This document shows positions 26,753 through 33,963 of a stretch of 33,963 nucleotides of DNA, piece after piece. The DNA is from Aquificaceae bacterium (GTDB taxonomy: Bacteria; Aquificota; Aquificia; Aquificales; Aquificaceae), in contig JAXSMZ010000008.1 of assembly GCA_037924335.1 (NCBI GenBank), positions 4,793 through 38,755 on the forward strand, read 5' to 3'. Position numbers and translations under genes: made by a program. How positions within the stretch are numbered: the first letter of the stretch is position 1; each line of letters opens with the position of its first letter. The notes beneath the pieces are model-generated. The model searched no databases. It was given only the letters and a program-made list of their open reading frames with translations, and was not told the origin of the DNA.

Positions 26753-27636
26753 CCCTCCTTTTTACCCGCTTTTATGGGTCCAAAGAGTATGAGCTGTAAG
26801 AAGGCTCCCAAAATGGTAGCCCACAGAACTATAGAACCGAATATCTTTATTGGACCCTTCCAAAGGCTTATCCATGGAGATATGCTCGCTTCCTTTGGAA
26901 GTCCGTACATCTCTGGTTTATCCCCATGGGGAAGAACATATATGTAACCTGTGCCACTCACACCCTTTGGGTCGTATAACTCAGCGTTCTCAAAACCCCT
27001 CTTCTTTAGTCCATCTAATATCTTTTTGGCCCTCATGAGCATCTCTTCCTTGGTACCAAAGCTCAGAGCATTTGTGGGGCATGCTTTAGCACAGGCTGGC
27101 TCGAGACCTGCAGAAACTCTATCTATGCAAAAGTTACACTTCCAGGGCTTGTTATTGGCATCGTACCTTGGTACATCGAAGGGACAGCCTGACAGACAAA
27201 ACTTACAACCTATGCATTTGGAATGGTCAAAGTCCACTATACCATTCTGATACTGGATTATTGCACCAGGGGCTGGGCAAGCTTTAAGACATCCTGGGTC
27301 ATCGCAGTGCATGCATTGGTACTTGGTTATAAACCATGTCACACCCTTCTCGGTTTCTCCCTCTTGAAACCTCATGTACATGAAAAGATTTGGAAGAAGG
27401 CCAGGTCCAGACTGATAGCCCATGAAGGGTATTTTGGATGTTTCTGTAGGTAATGGGGGTCTAAGGTCATGCCACTGAGTACAAGCTGCCTCACACCCTT
27501 TACATCCTATACAGCTTGATACGTCAACGAGTATACATAAGGTATCCGCCTGCTTTACTCCCGAGTCTGGAAGCTTTGAAGCGGACACTCTCCTTAATCC
27601 AAGCCCAACAGTTCCCTCAGTGGTTACTGTGCTCAT
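26749..27636 (-). CDS. fdnH: Formate dehydrogenase iron-sulfur (beta) subunit
   Basis: Four 4Fe-4S motifs (CIGCKGCE.AC, CMHC..PGC..CP, CIGC.FC..CPF, CNFC..C..CP) and a C-terminal TM helix. RBS GGAGG. Confidence 0.96.
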   Translation of the reverse strand: MSTVTTEGTVGLGLRRVSASKLPDSGVKQADTLCILVDVSSCIGCKGCEAACTQWHDLRPPLPTETSKIPFMGYQSGPGLLPNLFMYMRFQEGETEKGVTWFITKYQCMHCDDPGCLKACPAPGAIIQYQNGIVDFDHSKCIGCKFCLSGCPFDVPRYDANNKPWKCNFCIDRVSAGLEPACAKACPTNALSFGTKEEMLMRAKKILDGLKKRGFENAELYDPKGVSGTGYIYVLPHGDKPEMYGLPKEASISPWISLWKGPIKIFGSIVLWATILGAFLQLILFGPIKAGKKEG

Positions 27637-27648
27637 CTTCACACCTCC

Positions 27649-30600
27649 TCATGCTTTAACCTTTTCTATGTTGCATAGAAAACCTTTGTATTCAGGAGTT
27701 TGGGAATTTGGGTCCCATACAAAGGGCGTTGTAAGGTTGGCAAGGCTTCCTTTTATGAAACCCTCAAAGCCCCAGTGTATTGGAAAACCGACAGTGTATA
27801 ACTTTTTGCCGTTAACCATCAGAGGCTTTATCCTCTTCGTTGGTATGGCATGAGCTTGAATGGAACCTCTGGCCGTTGAGACCTTTACAATGTCCCCCTC
27901 TTTTATACCAAGTTCCTTTGCAAGCTCTTCTGGCATCTCTACAAACATCCTACCCATGAGTACAGACGTACCGTAAATATGCTTTGTCCAGTAGTGGAAG
28001 TGTTCCACAACCCTGTAAGTGGTCGCTACGTATGGGAACTTATCTGGAGTTCCAAGAAGGTCCAGGTCAGACTTATATATCTTAACAACCGGGTTATGGT
28101 TTGTCTTTGGATGAAGAATGTTCACGATTGGAGATTCATAAGGTTCGTAATGTTCTGGGAAGGGACCATCAACGAGTGGTGCACAGAAGAGCCTTCCCCT
28201 ACCTTCTGGAAGCATTATAAAAGGTCCGTAGTCTGGTGGCAAGTCCGGCTTTATATCTGGCACATCGTACCCAACCCACTTTTGAAGTTTTTCATTCCAC
28301 CATAAGTACTTTTTCTCAGGACTCCACGGATTTCCGCTTGGGTCTGCAGATGCTCTGTTGTACAGTATTCTTCTGTTAGCTGGCCAACTAAAACCGTATC
28401 CAGGATACACGCCAAGACCTGATGGGTCCGAAAGGTCTGTACCCTTTGCTTTGTTCCCCACCTGTGGAAAGATGCCAGAGTAGAGCCACATACCACAGGC
28501 TGTTGTTCCATCATCCTTTAGGGCAGCAAAACCGGGAACCCTTTCTCCAGCCTTGGCTATCATATTGCCTTTATCGTCCATTAAGTCTGAAAGGGCATAA
28601 CCGTTCATCTCGTGAAGTACTTCCTCTGCGGTTGGGTAGTAAGGATTCTTGAAGTTCCAAGTTAGCTTAAGTATAGGGTCTGGAAACTTACCACCCTCTT
28701 TTTGGTAGAGTGATTTTATCCTCATCCAAAGCTGTCCTATGATCCAGAACTCATCCTTTGCCTCGCCTGGTGGCTCAAGAGCCTTATACTTCCATTTGAT
28801 GACCCTACCGCTGTTGGTATAAGAGCTTTCCTTTTCAGCAAATATGGCAGATGGGAGAAGAAGCACTTCCGTCTTTATTGTCTCTGGGTTTGTGTGGTGT
28901 TTCCAAAAGGCAGCCATCTCCGTTTCAAAAGTATCCACTACAACCATCCACTTTAGCCTGGCAAGGCCATCAACCGTTTTCTTGACGTTGGGATTACTTG
29001 CCAGGATGTTCATGCCAACAGAAACCATACCCTCCATCTTGCCCCTGAACATCCTGTCTAGTATTTCGTCCATAGCTATTACTTTTTCCATCTTGGGGAG
29101 ATAGTTGTAAGCAAACTCGTTCTCTAGTGTTGCAGCATCACCAAACCACGCTTTAAGAAGGCTAACATAAAACTTACCGTAGTTTGACCAGTAGTTCATA
29201 GAAAGGTCAACAGCCTTTGGTGTGTTAGCTTCTATGTGATCCTTTAAGCTCTGCTGTGCTGCAGTTGGGGGCTTTAAATAACCCGGTAGAAACCTTCCCT
29301 CTCCAGCAAGGTCCGTCATACCTTGCACGTTGGAATGACCTCTAAGAGCGTTTATACCACCCCCAGGAACTCCTATGTTCCCAAGCAGCAGTTGGAGTAT
29401 AGCCATAGAACCTATAACCTGCGTTCCCCAAGAGTGATGAGTCCAGCCAAGGGCATAGAGGTGTGTCATAGACTTATTGTGTGCGCTTGTTTCCGCTACG
29501 AGTTTTGCAACCTCAAGAAACTTTTCCTTAGGAACACCCGTTATTTTTTCTACAACATCTGGAGTGTATCTTGAGTAAAACTGCTTCAGAATTTGGAACA
29601 CACACCTTGGATGTTCCAAGGTCATATCCTTCTTAGCCTGTCCCTTTTCATCCAATTCATAACCCCAGAGGGATTGGTCGTACTTTCTCTTCTCAGGGTC
29701 ATATCCAGAGAATAGGCCAGTTTCTGGGTCAAAGCTATAAGTATCTTTGACTATGTACGCTGCATTGGTAAAGTGTTTCACATACTCCTCGTTGTATTTT
29801 TTGTTTTGTATTATGTAGTTTATAAGACCTCCCATAAAGGCTATGTCAGAACCAGGTCTTATCTGAATGAACATATCTGAGACTGCAGCAGTTCTGTTGA
29901 ACCTTGGGTCTATGCATACGATCTTTGTCCCCTTCTCTTGCCTTGCCTTTATAGCCCATTTGAAACCGCAGGGGTGATTCTCTGCGGGGTTTCCACCCAT
30001 GACAAGTATAAGGTCTGCATTCTTTATATCAGTCCATCCATTGGTCATTGCACCCCTTCCGAACCTTGGGGCCAAACTGGCCACAGTGGGTGCGTGTCAC
30101 ACTCGCGCCTGAGTCTCTCGCGCTACAAGCCCCAATGCCACACCCGTCTTTACCCATAAGTATCCCTCCTCGTTACCGATGGTGCTTCCTACAACCCAAG
30201 CTATGCTCTCACATCTGTTCACAACCCTTCCTTGTTCGTCTGTTTCTATGAGTGTTCTATCTCTTGTATCCTTTATCAGCTTTGCCATTCTGTTTAGGGC
30301 TTCATCCCAGCTCAACTCCTGCCATTCTTTAGCTCCAGGTGGTCTATAAAGAGGCTTTGTCAGTCTATGGTGAGAATTTACAAAATCTCTTAGAGTTGCT
30401 CCCTTTGGGCACAACGTACCTCGGTTAACGGGATCGTCTGGATTACCCTCAATATTGATGACTCTTGGTTTTACATTCATTGCACCGTCAGTTAACGTGT
30501 ATATGAGAACACCACAGGAGACAGAGCAGTAAGGACATATGCTCTTTGTCACTTTTGCATTGGAGATCTTCAGGTCCCTAATCCTTGCGTACACTGGTGA

Positions 30601-30684
30601 TAGGTCAAACCCGAGGCCACCAATAAGGCCTGCACCAATGGATGCTCCAGAAAGCTTCAAAAAACCCCGTCTTGTTACCTCCAT
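27649..30684 (-). CDS. fdnG: Formate dehydrogenase-N/O alpha subunit, selenocysteine-containing (1011 aa, Sec196)
   Basis: The track ORFs 30097..30684 and 27649..30084 are in frame and joined by TGA (30099-30097), giving QARV-U-HAPTVASLAPRFGRGAMTN. Tat signal TRRGFLK; CPYCSVSC...C Fe-S motif; RGHSNVQG. Confidence 0.96.
30050..30096 (-). promoter_or_regulatory. Bacterial SECIS element
   Basis: Immediately 3' of the UGA: upper stem GGCCA-GUU-UGGCC preceded by a U, and possible lower stem GCACCC/GGGUGC. Confidence 0.8.
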
Positions 30685-30791
30685 TTTAACACCTCCTTGG
30701 CTATATAATATATGAGCGCACTCTCTCTGTGTATATAGAAATTTTCAAACTTAGTTATTTATAGTTTCAATATGAAGATATAATGAATGCT

Positions 30792-33266
30792 TTATATCTT
30801 CTCCAGGGCGTAGGTCTCATCCATAAGCTCAAGCTTCTTGTCCTCTATTGCTTTTCCAAGCTCTTTACCCTTCAGACCTACAAATTCCTTTGGTTCAACC
30901 CTCACAAATCTGAGCTTTTCAAGGTAGAGTTTTACCCTATCCTTTATATCATCAACAGTCATAAGAAGGAGTAAAAAGGCTAAAGGTCTCCCTTTCAAGG
31001 CTTTATAGACATCTGAGCTCTTGAAAGCTTTTCTTAAGGCCATCTGCACGCTCTTAAAGTCCTTGACCACCTCTATAAAAACCTTCCTCACCCATGATGG
31101 TGCGCTCATGGATTGAAGAAGGGGTAACACCTGGTTTGTCTTCATCTCCTTTAGTAAAAATAAAAGGTATACCCATCCATAATCTATGGCTTCCTTTGGG
31201 AACTCTATCCTGTGCCATGCCACAATACCCCTGAGCTTCAAGAGCCCATCCTCCAGGGAAGGATGCCACTGAAAACCCTTTATAACTTGTCCCATAACCT
31301 GGTACTTCTTATAGAGCTCCAAAATCTCTATGATTCTCTCTTCTCTTAAAGCCAATCTAAACTCGTTCATGAGCCTTCCCTTTGGAGCAGAAAGGAGAAG
31401 CTCAAGAGAAACAGCACTTTTTAGCAGTCTCTCAGTGCTTTTTGAAAGTTTAAAGCCCAACCTTCCAGCAAACCTTAAGGACCTCAGTATTCTAACAGGG
31501 TCCTCCACAAAGCTCAAGGGGTGAAGAACTCTTATTATCCTGTCTTTTAGATCCCTCAATCCTCCAAAGTAGTCTATAAGAGTCCCCATGTCTTCCTCGT
31601 TTACAGAAACTGCCATAGCATTTATGGTAAAATCCCTCCTTAGGAGGTCTTCTTTTAGGGATGCATACTCCACGAGCGGGTATGCACCTGGATGTGGATA
31701 TGTCTCTCTCCTGGTTGTTGCAAACTCAAGCTTTATATCTCCAATCTTTATGTGAGCTGTCCCAAACTCTGGGAAAGCATGTTCTGATACACCGTACTTT
31801 TCTGCCAATCTTTTTGAAAGCTTTATAGCATCACCTTCAACTACAAAGTCAAGGTCCCAGACTTTTTTACCTAGCAAAAGGTCTCTCACCACACCACCAA
31901 CCAGGTAAACCCTAAAGTTTAGCTCTTTAGCCATCTTTCCCACTTCTCTGCTTATTTCCTCCACATGAGGGGGAAGTTTTATCCTCCTTTCGTAAGCTTT
32001 TAGTTCATAAGTCTGAGCCTTTATACCTTGTAAAAGGTCAAGCCTTGTAACAACGCCAACGAGCTTTTCGTCCTTTAATACAGGTATGAGCTTCTCTCCA
32101 TAATGGGAAAGTATGTCTTCAGCCTTCCACACAAAATCCTCTGGGCTTAGGCTATGAAAATCGCCCATCATAAAATCTTTCACTTGCCTTTCTGGATAGT
32201 GTTTTGAAGCCTTGAGAAGGTTCTTTTTGTATACTATCCCTACAACTCTGCCCGAATCATCTATCACTGGAGCACCGGCAAAGTTTCTCTGAGATAGCTC
32301 AAGTATGGCATCCCTTACCTTCATATCCTGATGAAGGACAAAAACAGGGTAGGACATGATATCCTCTATTTTTAATAGGACTCTTTCACCCTTAATGAGG
32401 GATAAAACTATAGATTTCACCCTCTGTGCATCTATACCCTCCAACTTTGTTGCACTTGCAAAGGTATGCCCTCCACCCCCTATTCTTTCCAATACACTGC
32501 TCACATCAAACTCTCCCTTTAGACTCCTTCCAAAGACGTAAGTCTTCTGTCCAGCGGATACGATGGCAAAAAAGGCAGAAGACTCCCTTACCTCTTTAAG
32601 GTCGTACAGTATCCTAAGGACTTCAGACTGGTACTCTTCGCTCCTTATCACTACTATAACGACTCTCTTACCGTTTAAAAAGTAAGATTCTATAGATTGG
32701 AGATGTTTTGATAGCATGTCTATCTGTTCTTTGCTGAGCGTTTCAGAAAGATATTTGCGGGCTACATCCAGCTTTGCCCCTCTCTCAAGAAGCCAAGCTA
32801 AAGCCTTTGCATCCCTTGGAGTGGTCCCCTCATAGGTTAAAAAGCCAGTGTCCTCGTATATACCAAGGCTCAGAATGGTTGCAGACTCTGGAGATATATC
32901 TATTTCCCTTTCCATAAGTTCTTCAACCACTAAGGTTGTGGCACTACCGACGGGTTCAAGCTTCCCTTCTATCCCTTCCCTTTTTATAGGATGATGGTCA
33001 TAGATTCTTATGCTTTTTATCCTATCCCTGTACTTTTCAAGATATTCTTGGTAGTGATAAGTGTCTGTAAGTACAAGCTCAAACTCTTCTGGTAGTTCCT
33101 CAACAGTTCTAAAAAGGTGTATAAAATCTTTAAAAACCTCGCTCGCCCTTTTTGATAGATACTTAGGTTTAAAAAGCTTACTGTCTGGATACAAAAGTAG
33201 CACACCGTAGGCAGAAGATAGAGCGTCCAGGTCAGCACCTTCCTCTAAAAAGATGATCCTTTCCAT
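30792..33266 (-). CDS. DHH-CBS-tRNA nucleotidyltransferase, likely the A-adding enzyme of the split CC/A system
   Basis: 824 aa. DHH/DHHA1 domain (DLDA, YDHH, GGGH), two CBS domains, class II NTase (GGVVRD, DLD, EDLLRRDFTINA, EDPVRILR). This architecture matches the Aquifex A-adding enzyme. Confidence 0.85.
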   Translation of the reverse strand: MERIIFLEEGADLDALSSAYGVLLLYPDSKLFKPKYLSKRASEVFKDFIHLFRTVEELPEEFELVLTDTYHYQEYLEKYRDRIKSIRIYDHHPIKREGIEGKLEPVGSATTLVVEELMEREIDISPESATILSLGIYEDTGFLTYEGTTPRDAKALAWLLERGAKLDVARKYLSETLSKEQIDMLSKHLQSIESYFLNGKRVVIVVIRSEEYQSEVLRILYDLKEVRESSAFFAIVSAGQKTYVFGRSLKGEFDVSSVLERIGGGGHTFASATKLEGIDAQRVKSIVLSLIKGERVLLKIEDIMSYPVFVLHQDMKVRDAILELSQRNFAGAPVIDDSGRVVGIVYKKNLLKASKHYPERQVKDFMMGDFHSLSPEDFVWKAEDILSHYGEKLIPVLKDEKLVGVVTRLDLLQGIKAQTYELKAYERRIKLPPHVEEISREVGKMAKELNFRVYLVGGVVRDLLLGKKVWDLDFVVEGDAIKLSKRLAEKYGVSEHAFPEFGTAHIKIGDIKLEFATTRRETYPHPGAYPLVEYASLKEDLLRRDFTINAMAVSVNEEDMGTLIDYFGGLRDLKDRIIRVLHPLSFVEDPVRILRSLRFAGRLGFKLSKSTERLLKSAVSLELLLSAPKGRLMNEFRLALREERIIEILELYKKYQVMGQVIKGFQWHPSLEDGLLKLRGIVAWHRIEFPKEAIDYGWVYLLFLLKEMKTNQVLPLLQSMSAPSWVRKVFIEVVKDFKSVQMALRKAFKSSDVYKALKGRPLAFLLLLMTVDDIKDRVKLYLEKLRFVRVEPKEFVGLKGKELGKAIEDKKLELMDETYALEKI

Positions 33267-33267
33267 A

Positions 33268-33280
33268 TGGTATAATCTTA
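33268..33280. promoter_or_regulatory. Overlapping divergent -10 elements
   Basis: TG-G-TATAAT (33268-33276) is 7 nt before the dnaN ATG. Minus-strand TAAGAT (33280-33275) is 8 nt before the ATG at 33266. Confidence 0.55.
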
Positions 33281-33283
33281 GGC

Positions 33284-33963
33284 ATGAAACTGTCTATGGA
33301 TAGGGTAGAGTTCTTGGAAGCCCTTCAAAAAGCAAAGACAGCTACTGAGAAAAAGTCAGCCCTACCGATCCTAAACAACTTTCTGTTGGTAGTGGAGGAT
33401 GATAAGCTTCTCTGCAAAGCTACAGACCTTGAAAACTTCCTTACCTTCAGTATAAGAGCTGACGTGATCCAGGCAGGTTCTTGCACAGTCAACGCAGATA
33501 AGCTAACGAGCATTGTGAGGTCTATTCCTTCTGTAGAGATGCATATGGAAGTAAAAGAAGACAAGCTTGTCTTGACTGGTGGCAGGTCTGTCTTTAAACT
33601 GGCTACCTTGAACCCTGAGGATTTTCCAGAGTTTCCAAAGATAAAGGTATCGACAAGCATATCATCGGGGAACCTGCTAAAGGCAATAGAAAAAACTGAG
33701 TACGCTGTATCGAGGGAGGATTCCAGGTATGCCCTTCAAGGGCTTTACGTACATGAACATCAAGGGAAAACCCATTTTGTAGGTTCTGATGGTCACAGGC
33801 TAGCGCTTTACTGGACAGACTCTAAATTTCCCCTTGAACTTCTTTTGCCGAGGAAGAGTTTAAAGGTGTTAGGATCCCTACTCAAAGATTACATAGGTCA
33901 TGTGGAAGTTGGCAGGGATGAATCCTTCTCTCATATGAGGGGTGAAGGATGGGAGCTATCCAT
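33284..33963 (+). CDS. dnaN: DNA polymerase III beta sliding clamp, partial (runs off the window)
   Basis: Own translation: MKLSMDRVEFLEALQKAKTATEKKSALPILNNFLL...ATDLE...PEDFPEFP...YAVSREDSRYALQG...GSDGHRLA...PRK. No stop within the window, which is why the ORF track omits it. Confidence 0.95.
   Translation, partial: MKLSMDRVEFLEALQKAKTATEKKSALPILNNFLLVVEDDKLLCKATDLENFLTFSIRADVIQAGSCTVNADKLTSIVRSIPSVEMHMEVKEDKLVLTGGRSVFKLATLNPEDFPEFPKIKVSTSISSGNLLKAIEKTEYAVSREDSRYALQGLYVHEHQGKTHFVGSDGHRLALYWTDSKFPLELLLPRKSLKVLGSLLKDYIGHVEVGRDESFSHMRGEGWELS

Noticed and set aside
30097..30684. Separate 195-aa and 811-aa genes, or an fdnG pseudogene
   Set aside because: The TGA is at the Sec position and has a SECIS and a nearby tRNA-Sec, so this is one gene.
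30698..30740. ModE-like TATATA inverted repeat upstream of fdnG (also 24195-24215)
   Set aside because: Half-site spacing does not match the ModE consensus; AT-rich chance matches are likely.
33267..33283. oriC next to dnaN
   Set aside because: No dnaA, only 17 bp of intergenic DNA, and no DnaA-box cluster seen.
33325..33660. 111-aa minus-strand ORF
   Set aside because: Antisense shadow of dnaN.

Overview
A compact, gene-dense chromosomal segment (about 42% GC by eye) whose proteins and gene order look like Aquificaceae (Hydrogenobacter/Thermocrinis/Aquifex-like; this is inference). The left ~1.8 kb is an insertion hotspot: a 202-bp non-autonomous IS200/IS605 derivative that keeps both end hairpins, its TTAC target and a TnpB omegaRNA-like 3' end, and a decayed IS982 element with inverted repeats and a 7-bp target duplication. 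Housekeeping genes follow: porin, ALDH, holB, ricT/PSP1, rlpA, PAP2, ispG, nadA, def, dsbC, hisD, lgt, GT39, mnmH/selU, NlpC/P60 and apgM. Next is a three-gene ATP-dependent activase/reductase cluster with the domain content of PlsA/PlsR/Ger ether-lipid synthases. The main locus is a selenocysteine formate dehydrogenase operon: fdnG (in-frame UGA196 plus SECIS), fdnH, fdnI, sodC, fdhE, a Tat-signal lipoyl (GcvH/LbpA-like) protein, and a tRNA-Sec whose first base is the last base of the upstream stop codon. The window ends with an A-adding tRNA nucleotidyltransferase divergent from a truncated dnaN that is missing from the ORF track. Several divergent gene pairs have 14-27 bp spacers with -10 boxes positioned for leaderless transcripts.
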